NCBI RefSeq assembly: GCF_018977255.1
Contig: NW_024704765.1
Coordinates: 7,998,001 to 8,062,000, forward strand
Origin: Callorhinchus milii
Lineage: Eukaryota
Length of the DNA stretch: 64,000 bases
Reading direction: 5' to 3'
In this document: positions 32,901 to 46,556 of the stretch, piece after piece
Layout of the letters: every line of letters begins with the position of its first letter
Position numbering within the stretch: position 1 is the first letter of the stretch
Program-made: the position numbers and the translations under genes
Notes under the pieces: model-generated
The model's input: only the letters and a program-made list of their open reading frames with translations
What the model was told of the DNA's origin: nothing
The model's database searches: none

Positions 32901-34260
32901 AATAGACTTGGCGAAAGATTGAAACAAGGAGGAAAGGACTTTCCATTCTCTGCCCTGAGCTGACATGAGGGATTTAGTGAAAATGATGTTAATTGAAGGC
33001 ATGGGCTGCAGGGAGACTTGGCCCTAAAAGTTTCAGGACGTCAAAAAAGTTTCTCGTTCACAACGAATTTATCCGCCTCCACGTCCCACCCCTCCCCCGC
33101 CCCCCCCCCACCGCCTTGACCACCGCCCCTCTCCCCACCTCCAGCGAAAATGGTTAGGAATAAGGAGAGTCACGCAAGTTAGGAAATTGTAGGTTTGGCT
33201 GAATTCTGAAGTGTAACAGATACGATAGGACTGATTGATGATGGGTGAGAGGGTGGACCGCTGGCGGTGGGGGGGGGGGGGGGCAGGGGGTTGGGGATTG
33301 AGAAGAAAACACATCAGCGAGCTTGTAAACACAGCAAAGGAGCCTGACCCAGCTCAGGTCGGAATGAGTGCTTTGGTTTTACAGTGTGAGAAATTATCTC
33401 CCCACATACGCATACACACTTCTAGTGTTTGAGTGTTGGCACTGAGTTAGGGCTCCTGCGTTCTCATAATCCTATTTTTTTTTAAAAACCGATTTTAGTG
33501 TCTTTTTTCATTAAAAATAAACAGGAGACCGGAAACCTTCCAGCGAGGCTTTTTTAAAAAAAAATACATTGTACGCATCCAAAGTAAAAATCGAAGTGCC
33601 CTTCACCTCAGTCGCATAACAAAATAATAATGATAATCCTTGCATTTAATATAGCGCCTTATCCCGTCTTCGGGACGTCTCAAAGCGCCTCACAGCACAT
33701 ACACAAGGAATTGCAGGGCTGGGTTGAAGGGGACGGATGGATGGGAAGGAGCTTAGGAAGAGGGAGAGAGAGGGAGAGGGGGAGGGCAGGGGCGAGAAAA
33801 GACGGATAGGTTACATTTTCAACACTTTCACTGCTACTAATCCTCATTAGTGGGGCAGAAGGAGCGTTAGAGGGAGAGCGAGTGAGCGAGCGAGCGAGAA
33901 AGCGAGAGAGAGAGAGAGAAAAAAAATAAGTTACAGGTTTGACATGGGTTATTTGAAATTGGTTGCAGCTTTGGCAAAGTCCTGTCTGCAGGGTGCTGTA
34001 CCGAGACCTGATGACACTTTGCTCCAGCGCTGGCAGATCAGCGCTACTAATGTCTCTCAGATGTTGCAGGCAATTTTACAAGCTGTCTGTGTACAAATCC
34101 AGGAACTCACAGCAGCGCAACACCACAGGAAAAAACTGGAGCAAAGAAAATGCTCAGATTTATGAGGTATCGCCAAACTTCCTCTGAAAGTGCATTAACA
34201 CTTTGAGGCCTAGAAGGAGGAGAACGCCACCGACCCTTTATTTATTTACTGCGGCGAGAG

Positions 34261-34473
34261 NNNNNNNNNNNNNNNNNNNNNNNNNNNNNNNNNNNNNNNN
34301 NNNNNNNNNNNNNNNNNNNNNNNNNNNNNNNNNNNNNNNNNNNNNNNNNNNNNNNNNNNNNNNNNNNNNNNNNNNNNNNNNNNNNNNNNNNNNNNNNNNN
34401 NNNNNNNNNNNNNNNNNNNNNNNNNNNNNNNNNNNNNNNNNNNNNNNNNNNNNNNNNNNNNNNNNNNNNNNNN
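34261..34473. other. Assembly gap (213 N)
   Basis: Run of N characters. Confidence 1.
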
Positions 34474-35129
34474 CTCCACTCCTTTTTTCTGTTTTTTTTT
34501 CTCTCTGATTCTCGTTCTCTCTCCCCCCAAATTCCACAACGACCCACAAAGAGCCATGAAATGACCAATTTCATTTTCGGGGGAGTGGTGGGGCGGGAGG
34601 TGTGGGGGTGGTGGTGGGGGAGAATTATCAGCCAACATAAGGGAGAGAAACTCCCTTCTTTTCTCGAACAGGGCAACGGAGTCTTTAGTGTCCTCCCTCG
34701 ACCGGCATCGATGGCATCTCAGTTTAAGGTCTCATCTGAACGAAGCACCTTCGACAATGCGCCCCACACCCACCGCACAACACTGGAGCGTTTGGCTCAA
34801 AGAACCTCACTTATATCCCCGTGCGTTCCTGTATTTTTTTAAATTAAAAAAAAAACGCCTTTTAATTTTGGCATCTGCCACGTTGTCGCTTTTACGTTTA
34901 AAATGGCGATGTGGCAATTTACAAGCGGGTGGGGACGGACTTGTCAAGCACACTGAGCGGCAGGGAGAAGGCACCCGGCGCGAAGGAATTCATGACGCGG
35001 AGTGCTCGGGGAGGAGATGACTCTCCCTCCCTTGCCCCCACCTCCCCGTCCCCTCGTCCCACTGCTAAGCTGTTTCGGGCTTTTCGCTGGACGTACAGCA
35101 CGATGTGATCACTGCGGAGTTTTAAATAA

Positions 35130-35310
35130 TAACACTAATAATAATTCTTGCGTTTGATACAGGGCATTATCACATCTTCGAGACGTCTGAAAGCGCTTCG
35201 CAGGATATACTGTCAAGTGAATTGAATGCACTGACTGTGGGCGAAATGCGGCAGCCAATTGCGCACAGCAGCGTCCCCACAAACAGTCGTGGGTCGAGTG
35301 ACTGAATTAC
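35130..35310 (-). mobile_element. SINE 3' half
   Basis: Same tail and core motifs, reverse orientation. Confidence 0.8.
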
Positions 35311-36317
35311 TCTCCCTCCCCGTTAAACGACACCACGTCGAAAGCCAGGCTTCTTCCTGCACGGATCCGGCAGAAATCCCACGGTCCCCTCACAGACGGG
35401 CTTCCTCATGTTTCTCCGACCCAAATGTTGCTGACACAGCGCCGCTCTCCCTGTGGGAAGGAACGCTGCGAATGGTGGGCCAACCCATACATCTCTGTCA
35501 AAATATCTATGAATAAATTAACCTTCCGAAGATTAGTGCTCCCTAATGCTACTGGGGCTTTTTTTGTTGTCGTCGAAGGAATTAAAAATGGAGAACGTGC
35601 ACTCGGGTTTGATTCTGTGTCCGTCTTTCTCTCTCGTTCGCGGAATAATGTTATCCCGTTCACAAAGCGTCCGCACATCAGAGTTGTGTCCTTCCGCCAA
35701 CCACCCCCAAAAGTACCACCTGACCTATTGGTGCTATTGTGCGGTGTTTTCCTAATAGGAAAGGATTTCTTAATAAGGAAGGCTGTCGAATTACTCAGGC
35801 AACTGATCGAGCCGGAGGTATTGCCGCTGAGTTTGGCTGGCACAATAACCAATCAATAATCAATCAATAACCAAACGTTTCCTCTTAAGAAATGTGTGAG
35901 GAAATAGCGCAAAGTGCATCCTTTCCCCCCACCTCCTCCTTTCCCCTCTCTCCTTCCAGCACCAGGAAACGTGCCCTTCATTACTTAATTAAGCCCCAAC
36001 GTATTACATTATTACAATGTATTATAATACATTACAGATAATTTTACACTCCGTATTAGCACCTGGCCTATCCCAGGGAACATGTTTACCCATGGGCTAG
36101 TAGCACAAGCCGCAAATTAGACCTCAATATCTTTCTGATTATGTCAGAAATCAAAAGAATAATTCAAGGAAAATTCTTAATCGGACCATCTATTTCCATC
36201 TCACTTCCTAAATGCTTCTACATCTCGCTCATCTATCAAAACCCGTTAAAGATCCAGGTTTTCAATAGTTTGCTCTCTAATTCTCCTGTGCCTTTTGCAA
36301 TGCACCAAAAAAGACTA

Positions 36318-36720
36318 ATACAACAATGTTTGGATTTAATGCAGCGCCTTATCACGTCTTCGAGACGTCTCAAAGCGCTTCACGGGATTTTATTGTGTAT
36401 GTTGTAAGTGGACGTGGCAGCCAATTTGCACACAGCATCGTCCCACAAACAGTCATGAACTCCAGTTTTATCTGGGGGATTTGTTGTCCATGACATTGGG
36501 AGAAACTGCTCTCTCTTCTCCAGTAGTGCCATGGGAGCTTTAAAATTTGCCTGATTAGGCACAGACGAGACCTCGGTTTAATGCCTCATCTGGAGGCCGG
36601 CACCTCTGCCAAGCCAAAGCTCACCCAAGCGTCAGCCTAGACTGTGAGCTCAATGTCGTGCTGCAAAGGACTTGAACCCACAACCTCCTGAATCGGAGAC
36701 GAACCAACCGAGCTGATAGC
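36318..36720 (-). mobile_element. Near full-length tRNA-headed Deu-domain-type SINE
   Basis: On the minus strand: tRNA-like head (GGTTGTGGGTTCAAGTCC), central CCATGGCACTACTGGAGAAGAGA/TGTTTGTGGGACGATGCTGTGTGCAAATTGGCTGCC, and L2-like tail AAGCGCTTTGAGACGTCT...GATAAGGCGCT. Boundaries approximate. Confidence 0.8.
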
Positions 36721-36882
36721 TACGTTGTACAATAACAATCCACCACAAAAGAAAATAATTCTCTGCCTGGCAATGGTGGCGGCCAGGCTAGTAGGCGTTA
36801 AGAGGCGTTTAAGCAAATGTGCGTTCCCGTTTGGGATTCCATTGGGTCACTTTGACCTCCTTCACTCAGATGTTATTCCAGA

Positions 36883-36901
36883 GATCCAGAAGGTGGCGCT
36901 C
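36883..36901 (+). promoter_or_regulatory. CTCF-like motif
   Basis: GATCCAGAAGGTGGCGCTC matches the CTCF core CC(A/G)(C/G)NAG(A/G)(G/T)GGC(A/G). Confidence 0.5.
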
Positions 36902-37343
36902 GGAACACGTGCCTGCAGAGCAAATGGGAAACAGCCAGGCTCAGGGTTGAGGGATTGTAGCCTTTGGACCTCTTTAGCCAATTTAGTGGAAGATCAATTG
37001 TTATAGTCTTAGAGCCAAGAGACTCAGCAATGGCATAATAATATTCCCCCTGTATCCCCTAATAAATCCTCCTAATTATTTTCTATTGGTGTCTAATTTG
37101 ACGTATTCCTTAATGCGATTCCTTGAGGAGACGTCGTGTAAATAGCTCGAGTGTATGTAGGGAGCAATATTCCTTCCAAATGTGGTGAAAATACTACAAT
37201 ATTTATTAAGATTATTATTATTATTAATTCTGCTTACAGCCATGAAGGGATCGATCAGTTTGATGGGTGGGAGATTGGCCGAGACACATAATAACTCCAA
37301 CAGCGAAGGTTGGATTTTTTTCACTCCAATATCTTGCACTTTC

Positions 37344-37366
37344 ATATATATATATATATATATATA
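37344..37366. repeat. (TA)n microsatellite
   Basis: Perfect AT dinucleotide run; one of many (GA)n/(CA)n/(AAT)n microsatellites in the window. Confidence 0.9.
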
Positions 37367-39489
37367 AAAAACCTCAAATACAACAAAAATTACATGCGGA
37401 TAAGCTTTTCACCTGGTTGTCCTTCTAGGATCACCCTACCCATGGGGAACCATGTGGAGACTGCTATGCGCAATAGACTGCCGCGTTTCACCCAGATAAT
37501 ACACCGTGAATTCACTTTACAATGCAGCGCTTTGAGACGACTCAACAACATGATAAGGCGTTATATTAAATGCAAGGATTAATATTATTAATAACCAAGT
37601 GGGAAGATCCCTGCTCCCAGTAACCTGTCTGCTCCTCCAAGGAACCAAACCATCGAGACCGCCACAGAGGGTGGACTCGATTCCGATATTCCTTTGCCCG
37701 GCACGTCACCTTAGAGCCAATTCAACCCCAAAGAGATTTTCCCCCTCATTCACTCTGGGAGTTGAGTGACAAATCGCATTGCGCATTAAGAAATTGAGAC
37801 ATAAAAGTTGCTTCAAAATGACCTGCCATAAAAATTAACATTCCCTAGGGTTTAACTGACAATGACTTCGCACTAAAGTCTCACGGATAATAGAGCATTT
37901 GACTATCTCTCTGTTTCGATGTCTTATGTTCAACGTGGAGTTCACTGAAATCTGATCCTGATAGCCACATGCTGGAGAAAGACTACGGACCCCAAACTGA
38001 GTCAAAAACACCCCATAAAACTTTACAGTTTATATTATAAAAAATAACAGATATCCTGGAGAGATTTCAAGGTAGTAATCTGGCCTTAAATGATGGTTAT
38101 AAAAGCTGAAACCTCTCAGGCTTTATGATATCATCTGAGTACCATGGTTTGATTAATGACTTCAAACCACCACCTCTTGGGTTCTGCTCATTCTTATTTT
38201 GCTTTGTTATCAGTGAGCTCTTCGTTCTCTCGCCACTGGTGTTGGCGGTGTTTGGGGTTGGGGGGGGGGAAGGGGGAAGGGGGGGGGGGAGAAGGAAAAA
38301 CTGTTCTGCAAACATAGGGCTTTGAACCCCTAACCTTCTGCCCTAGAGCCAAGCTTGCCACCTATTCAGTCAGGCTGACCTGTACTCCCAGCTTACGATA
38401 ATGTAAGGGGATGATGGATTAGCTATTGTACATTATATGAGTACTAAGGGGTACTAAATAGGATAATTATGCGTTATATTGTACTAAATGGCAATATATC
38501 AAATATTACATTATATGAGGACTATAATACAGGAGACGTGATATATGGCATTAGTGCAGTGAAGTCATATATTCACAGACTCCAGCAGAGAGAGGGGAAG
38601 GTGAGCAGGCAATGCAGATTGAAAGCCTTTACACAGGGAGCCAGGGAGTGTGCTGGAATGAACAGTCCAGAGAGGCTAATAATAGCAATAATACTTACAT
38701 TGGTACAGCGCCTTGTCGTGCAAGCAAATTCTTGCCCCCGTGTCTCCCCGTGTGAGATGTCACACGAGATACCAACATAATAAGGCAAGCTGTCAGTTCC
38801 ACATTGACATTAAACTCACTGTCAGCTACTGTACAGAAGCAAGAAGGCAGCGCAGATGTTCAGTGCATGCAACAGCTGTCACAAATGTGTTGTCCTCTCC
38901 GCAGTAAATCACACCCTCCGCACTCAGAGATTAAGCTCTGGGCTTCGAGGACCAGCTGATGATCCACCAGGTAAGATCGGTCCTTTGCTTCGCGGCCGTT
39001 TGTGGGACGTTGCCGTGTGCGAAACAGCTGCCGCATTTGCCTACAGACTACACGCGCGCTCTCTGGGCAAGAGGCTGTCTTGAGGCACATCGATCGGAGC
39101 GATTTGTTTAACACGGCGATGGCTTTGAACAAACGAGGACCCAACCACGTGACCAGTGACCAGTCTGTCCCTCCAAGTCCTGCCGATGAGCCAGGCTGGG
39201 CTGTGCTGGTCTGATCTGCCAGCACCAGTGCCCTGGAATACTGCGGAGCTGCCTGGCTCAGAAACCGGGCTAGAGACTGCCGAGTAGCTGTGAGTGGGGA
39301 TGGGGGGCGCGGAGTTGGGGGTTGATGTCAAGAAAGAACTGGAGCAGAGGGTGCAAGCAGGGGACTGGGTCTGGGGGAAGTTGAAGAAGCAAGAATACTT
39401 GAAGATAGGGTCAGAAAGAATCTTGAATAAAGTCATGCAGAGCTGATGGGCTGGTAAATGAGTTTCTCTTCCTAATTTCTAAACCCCAA

Positions 39490-39940
39490 CAACAACAGAT
39501 GACATTTGTGTAGCTCGTTTCATGCCAGGAGGACATCCCAAGGCACTGGACAGTCAGGAATTTGCAGGGGTGGAAGCAGGGAGGCTAAGGGGTAGGAGGG
39601 TGCCCGAAGGGTGCACGGTCGAAGAGGAGGGTCTTGAAACGTGCCTTGAAGGAGGCAAAGGGGGGGAGCGAGATGAAGGGACTGTGGAATGAGGTTCCAA
39701 AGGGTAGGGGCAGAGAATCTGAAGGCTCGACCGCTGATGGTGAGGTGGTCCGGGTGGGGGACACGGAGCAGGCTGGCTCTGGTAAGGTGACGCGGTGAAG
39801 ACTAGGTGGACAGGACCAGGCAGGTAGACAGAGCCAATCCCCGCTAACCTCAAGAATGGCACGGGGGAGTCCAGCAGGTGGCAATGTGCCACTGTAACAA
39901 TGGTGAGGCTGTAGCCGAGCTGGTCGTCCACATCTGGAAT
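39490..39940 (-). mobile_element. L2 3' fragment
   Basis: Same family as 16310 and 55670 (CCTCCTTCAAGGCACGTTTCAAGACCCTCCTCTTCGACC), with a (GTT)n tail. Confidence 0.75.
39868..39886 (+). promoter_or_regulatory. CTCF-like motif (inside an old L2 remnant)
   Basis: AGTCCAGCAGGTGGCAATG. Confidence 0.4.
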
Positions 39941-41977
39941 TGTTTCTGGTGATCTAGTGTCCCCTTACTGGGCAGGAATGAGGATAAGCATTTCAGTCAT
40001 TGCCTATGAAACCTGATCCATATACATACTACCAAAGACTTAAGTCAAACCAGAATGCCTGTTAAACCATTATCTGTCTAGGTCTGGAGGTAATTAGAAC
40101 TAACCTACATTGAATTGAATGCAAAGTGACGTATTCCTGTCTAGGAATCCTTGACTCCAATTAAGCTGTGTTGGTGGTACCTTACCCCCTGGCTCTAGCA
40201 TCGAGTCTGAGATGTGCTCTGACTCTCCAGGGACTTGGCTTTGTCAAGCCCAGGCTCCAGAGGTCATTCTCTGCCTCTCTGCTCCTAATGCCAAGCCAAG
40301 CTAATGTCTCCCCTGCCTCCCCCCTCCGCCCCGTCTCTTTCAACCAGATCTCAGCCTAACCTCCCCTTTAACTCAACGTACACTATTTCCAAGTGAGCGG
40401 CTCCAACAAGGTTAAAATTGTGAATTCGCTTCACCCCCACCCCCCCACCCCACTCCCGCCTGTTCGTCCACCCCCTCCTTCCTTACATTGCTCTGGCGCC
40501 CTATTAATTATTAATAAATAAGCACCGCAGCATGAATTTAAATCGTTGTGAATTGCTGCTACACGTGAGGGCAATTCAAAATGTTTTTTTGGTTTTGATT
40601 AGAATATAAAAAGTGCCCTCCAGCAAAGAGTGTCTTAACAGGGAGGTTGGTGCCTCGGTTTGAAGGACGGGGTGTGTGTTACACACACATACACTGGTGA
40701 ATTTAGAGGGAAGAGGCCATTCAGCCCATTGAGCCTGCTCCTCCACAGACTCCCACCCTCCCCCCAAGATACTAGTTTGCTTCCTCCACCCCTCTAATCC
40801 CACTTTCATGCAATCTCATCGCCACATCCTTGAATATCCTCCTTTGGATGAGACATTAAACCTCACTCCCCGTCTGTACCACTTTCAGGCGGTTTGTTAA
40901 AGATCCCTCAGCACTATTCGAAAAGAGAAAGTAGTTTTTCTCTCTCCCGTTGTCCTGGCCAACAATCCTCCTCTCCCTCCTCCAAATACAATTGATGAGT
41001 GTTGGGTTATCAGATGTGTCGTCCTTTGGGTGAAATCTTTGCCCTTGTTCAGGCGGACATTAAAGATCCTGCAAAATGTTCGGAAGAGAGAAGGGAGTTT
41101 CTCTCTCTCCCAATGTCCTGGTTGATAATCCCCCTCAGCTAAAATGGCCGTTCACCTCTGCAGAAAACAAAATGGCCAGCAAAATGGCTACGCTAGGAAC
41201 AGAGACACCACTCTTGACAGTAATCGCCACAAACGGGCCCGGGGATGTTTTGACGCAGAAGGAGAAAATAAAAGTGTGAGTTTTTTCTTGAAGCACACCT
41301 TCCCAAACCTGCCGAACCAGCTAGCTGTTTTATTGACTCAGCTGATGGTCAACATTGAAGGGAATCCATTGTTTTGAACCAAGTTAATGATCAGTCAGAG
41401 CGAAAGGTCATCGATAGGCACCTACCCACATAGTTTCTTCCTGGTGCTACTGTAATTGCTTTCAAACAAGTTGCTCTTTGAATTGTCTTCAATGCCAAGT
41501 CTCCTCCTTAAGCTAACATTCGATAGAGACCTTGAAAGGGCTCGCAGGACAACTTTAGAAGATAAAGTCTGTGTGGGGTTGGGACACGGAACTTCATGGT
41601 GTAAGTGAATTATTAGGTTCCAGAGCAGGGTTCTGGGGGGTGGGTATGTGCGGGTGGGGAGCACTGGGACATTGCGGGTCTGCCTGCATAACACACAGTG
41701 ATGGAACTTTACGGTAAATCCTGTGAAGCGTTTTGAGAAGTTCTCCAACGTGAAAGACTCTGCATGAAACGCGAGGATTATTATTATTTTTATTATTATT
41801 ATTATTTTCACTCCAGTGTCCCTGCATCAAGGACTTGTTGCAAGTAGATAACTCCATGGATGTAAAAAGGGGAATGGGTGGTGGGTCAGTGGCTCAGACT
41901 GATGGGATACAAAGTGCCTGAGACGCTACCCCACGTGACGGGTGCTATATAAATGCAAGTAGTTGTTCTCGCTCTCG

Positions 41978-42008
<31 letters not shown>

Positions 42009-42512
42009 ATGTGGCTCTCAGTAAACGGAGTTTGGCCAAGTGTCCTTTAGTTCTGTGTGACTGCGCATCCACCACAGAAAACTGCCCATAATTCAACACT
42101 AATTGACACTTCAGAAACCACAAGCACGGCTGTGTGGGGAAACGGAATGCATAGCTGCAAGCTCGAGGCTGGGGTTAAGGTGTTCTGCTGGGGGTGGGGT
42201 GACGTAGAGGAATCGTCACCTTCCATTTGATCCTTGACTCACCTGACCTGGAAGTCCCTGAGGTTGACCTTGGTTCCCAAAGGAAAGTCGGAAAGGGTTT
42301 TTGTTTCACATCATTCACCTTGATGATTCTGCAACTCAGTTAAAAAAAAACATCACCGCCCCCCCCCCCCCCACCCCACCCCACCACTCAACTCTCCTGC
42401 CTTTTGCCCCTGAAGGCTGGTCAAATGGGGGTCAAAAAACAAAGGCACTTTGCAAATTGCCTCTTTAATTATTTCAATGGTTCCACATCTCGTGTCTTTT
42501 TTGAGGTGTCAT

Positions 42513-42802
42513 CCAGCCTGGCTCAGTCGGTAGCACCCTAAGCCTCCGAGCCAGAAGGTTGCAGGTTCAAGCCCCACGTGGGGACTTTGATCTCACGGTC
42601 TCGGGCTGACACTCCAGTGCAGTGCGGGCGAGCATGGCGTTGGATGAGATGTTAAACCGGGGTCCCAGCTGTGACTGTTTAAGTGGACGTTAAACAGCCC
42701 ATTGGCACTACAGTTACTACACCTTACCATCAATCCTTTAAAGCGCTTTGTGAAATCCTCCCACTGTGAAAGGCGCTGTATCAATTGCGAGGATTATTAT
42801 TT
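42513..42802 (+). mobile_element. Same SINE family, internally deleted copy
   Basis: AGCCTGGCTCAGTCGGTAGC...GAAGGTTGCAGGTTCAAGCCCCAC head, GGATGAGATGTTAAACCGGGGTCCC body, AAAGGCGCTGTATCAATTGCGAGGATTATTATT tail. Confidence 0.8.
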
Positions 42803-43420
42803 TCTTAAATTTCAAACCTAACTGGTGAATATCGATGGTCTTTTGGTTAAGATTATTTGGAATTTCAGGCCTCGGGAGGAGGATTGTGGTAAGTGAGTGA
42901 TGGTGGAGGGGTGGGAGGGGTGAGTGGGTGAGAGAGACTGGTCAGGAAAAATATTAGTCACTCCTTTGTATGTAATGTAATTGAAAACTTTCTGGCTTGT
43001 CAATCGTGCTGCGGAGCATGGGGATTTAAATTAATAAAATAATTAATATTAATTTACTTAAAGAGACCAACCTTTTAACTCCCTACGCGCTGCGCTGCGC
43101 TGCGAGACTGGGTGCAGTTTTACAAACAAAATACCTTTCAAGTTCGTGCGGGAGTATACGATTATCTCTCTACATTAGATATATATAAAAAGAAATTTAA
43201 AATGAATTTTAAAGTCCATGCTCTTTATTTTTGGGCGTCTTATCAATCACTCAAATTCCCTGTGAAACGTGAGGTTTAAAAATAGCCTGGCCAAACAGCA
43301 GCATATCCATCATAATGCACATTACAATTCTCTTATTGAGGACTGAAGACAGAACAAATGTTACTGTACACAGCCACAGCACCGGGGTCTGTGTCGAATC
43401 ACCCGAGAGCCTGTGGGACT

Positions 43421-43548
43421 AATGAATGGGATTGGCAGCAATGTCTTGTCAATGAGACTGGCACCTGAGCTTTGTCAAGGAGACTGGCACCAGAGCTGTG
43501 TCAAGGAGACTGGCACCAGAGCTGTGTCAATGGGGTTGGCACAGTCTG
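43421..43548. repeat. 26-bp minisatellite, about 4-5 copies
   Basis: Units TGTCAATGAGACTGGCACCTGAGCTT / TGTCAAGGAGACTGGCACCAGAGCTG x2 / TGTCAATGGGGTTGGCACAG, plus a degenerate upstream unit. Confidence 0.9.
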
Positions 43549-46389
43549 GGGGGGGTGGGGGGCAAAGCAGCTTTGAAACCATTTCCGAACGGGGATTTAC
43601 CCGGAGAAAAGCGGGACGATTCCAACGGCTTTGAGAGCAAACTGGTTGGGGTTTGGGGAATAAGACCGGGGTCTCGTCCGGGAATATTGTGCCCTCCTCT
43701 CCCCTCTTTCCATTCACACTCGATCAGGTCTTGGAGCCGGCCGGCTGGAGGCAGATTTATATCCTGCTGTCACCTCCAATAGTGAGGTAGCTCCCCTTAT
43801 GCTAATGGTTAGTTACAATGACAAACACCGATTGGAAGCAGCCAGGTGATTGATGGTTATTTGCTGAAGAATAGAAAGTGCCGCAGTAAGACCTTAATGA
43901 CAATGACACTAATCGCACGTTCATCGAGCTGAGGGCTGCCTTACTGCAATAAGTCCACGCTTGACCTTGCCGCCTTGCGAGGCCGAGACGGCTCAAAATA
44001 ATAATAATCATAATAATAATAGTCATAATAAACAAATGAAATAGAAACGAGGTCGATTCCGGTCACGGTGGGTGAGAGAGACTGGAACTGATACAGTCAC
44101 CTCCAAGGGATTGACTAAACCCCACCTGGGTTCCTTTCCTTGTGTTTTTAAAATTTAAAATCACAGCAGCCCCCTCCCTCCATCCCTCTCTCCATCCCTC
44201 CCTCCCTCCCTCCCTCCACTCCTTTCCAAAAAAATAATAAATATGAATAACCCGTGATGAATACAATATTATCAGAGGCTTTAGAAATTGTTTCAGTCGA
44301 ATAGGAGCTCATTTCATTTTAATATCGGGTTTTTATTCTCTCTCTCTCTCTCGCGCACAGCAACGCCCCACAAACACCGTTGACGTGAACGTTATCTGAG
44401 AGACTGATGACCAGGTCACCGAAAGAGAGAGAAACTCCCTTCCCTTTGAGAGTCGGGCCGCAGGATCTTTCACAGGCAGAAAGGACTTTGGCTAAACATC
44501 TGCACCTTCGACAACCCAACGCTGTGTTGGACTCCTGGCTTAGGCAGCGAGCTCAAAGGTTGGCAACAGCCGCTCATTTTGTCGGCCAACGCTGGCAAGT
44601 CAAAGCCCACACACAAAGTGAACGACCAAACTGCGCTTTGATACCGAGACACCGTACACGACGAGAGAGTGCAGTGGGTCCAGGACTTCAAAGGTCCCAA
44701 TACTATTAATAATATTGGCTGCCGTATTTCACACACAAAATACAGTCACTCTACAGTATATTCCGTGAACCCCTTTGAGACGTCTCAACGACACGATAAG
44801 GTGCTATATCAAATGCAAAGGATTATTATTATTATTATTATTATTGTGTGTGGGTGTTGGGTGGCGTGTGGTTGAGGTGGTGGGTGGGGAGCATGTCCCC
44901 AGATTGAGCCTGGACGGAATTAATAGAATGGCTGGGTGGAGGGGGGTGGAGGGGGGGGTTATTAATGAATAACCTCAGATCGTTCCTTTCATAAATTTCC
45001 AGGATCTGTGCTCTGTGCACTGAACCAGTCTGTTTCGGGCGCTTGCCAGCCCTGACATCAGAGGCACAACCTGTACACGGCATTCCTATACACCTGCACA
45101 TTTTTTAAGACTACGCTCTCTCGAAAGGTTTGCATGGGAAAGTCTATTACCGGAGCATCATTAATCTGCTAAAGCCGCCCTTGGCATTTTGTAGATATTC
45201 CATTTTATGGGGCTCTGCTCCCAAGCTCTGGAGACTGGTTGTTTCTCTTCTGATCAGCTTTGCTTAATTATCAAAATATTTGATGCAGAAAATTGCCATA
45301 AACTCCAAAGGTTTCTCCCTGTGGCAATCTTCGGAGCCTATCCCCGCACCTTTACAGCTCGCTCTTAGAGAAACACAGAGAGAGGTGGGGGGGGGGGGGG
45401 GGGGGAGAGAAAGAGAGAGAGAGAGAGAGAGGAAGGAGGGAGGTGGAGGGGAGGGGGCGAGATTGAACTAAGCACGATTTTTTGCCCAGCTAAAATCTTG
45501 TCGTTCCCTTCAGGCTACACACTCTCTCTCTCTCGCTCTCCCCCTCTCTCGTCTGGAGTTACTTGGTCAATGCTCTTTTTTTTCCCTCCCTCTGACAGTT
45601 ACTGTTATTACAGCCTGGGGGGAGTCATTTACTGAGTTCTGCCACCCACTGACCCACTACGTGACCCCCCCCAATGCTCACGCTCTCCCTACCCACACAC
45701 CCCCCCCCCCCCCCCGACCATTTTTACACCGCGCTCTCAAAGGACGCAGCGAGAGACAAGGCGAACCCAGGGTCACACCATCAGTCGTTCGCTCTCCCCG
45801 CAATACATTTTTCACACTGTTATTTTTTCTCTCTCTCTTTTATATTCAAATGATAAAAGGCGAGTAGGCATCAGGGGATAAAGCCGAGAGAAAGAGAGAG
45901 GGGGGGAAAAAAACAGCCCTTTAATTAAATATAAGAGGACTGCTTAAGAATCCTACGCTGCTGTGCTTTAGCGTGTTAGGCGATCTTAAAGGGCCAGTGC
46001 ACTCGTTCTGATAGACTTCATCCCCCGCCCCGCATATTTTACAGTCAAAGTCAGATAGACGTAGACTGAAGCTCCCTCTATTCTGCCCCCCCATCCCTTG
46101 TGCCAATGTCAGAACTCCTCTCCCCCGCGCACCCCCACCGCCTCATTGGGACAATGTCCAACCCCCCCCCCCCCCACTCCCACCATCTTTTACCTCCCTC
46201 TCTGAACAATATTGTACCAGGCAGCTTGGCAATGAAGCATTCCCCCGCGCTCCCCACATTCTCCATATCAAGTTTCCTTACTCCACACGCCTCTGTTCAC
46301 CTCACAGTAAGAAGGAACCCAGTTGTTTGTCGATTGGCGGATCGGTTTTCCGGGGTTAGAATTCCTTCAAAAAATATAATAAAATAATA

Positions 46390-46556
46390 AATTGGTCACT
46401 CAACCCACGACTGTCTGTGGGACGCTGCTGTGCGCAATTGGCTTTTCGTCCACAAATTGCACAGTCATTTCACTTTACAGTGTATCCTGTGAAGCGCTTT
46501 GAGACGTCTTGAAGACATGATAAGGCGCTGTATCAAATGCGAGGATTATTATTATA
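46390..46556 (+). mobile_element. SINE 3' half, little diverged
   Basis: TGTGAAGCGCTTTGAGACGTCTTGAAGACATGATAAGGCGCTGTATCAAATGCGAGGATTATTATTAT. Confidence 0.85.

Noticed and set aside
34203-34676. ORFs spanning 34.2-34.7 kb
   Set aside because: They are open only because they read through the N gap.
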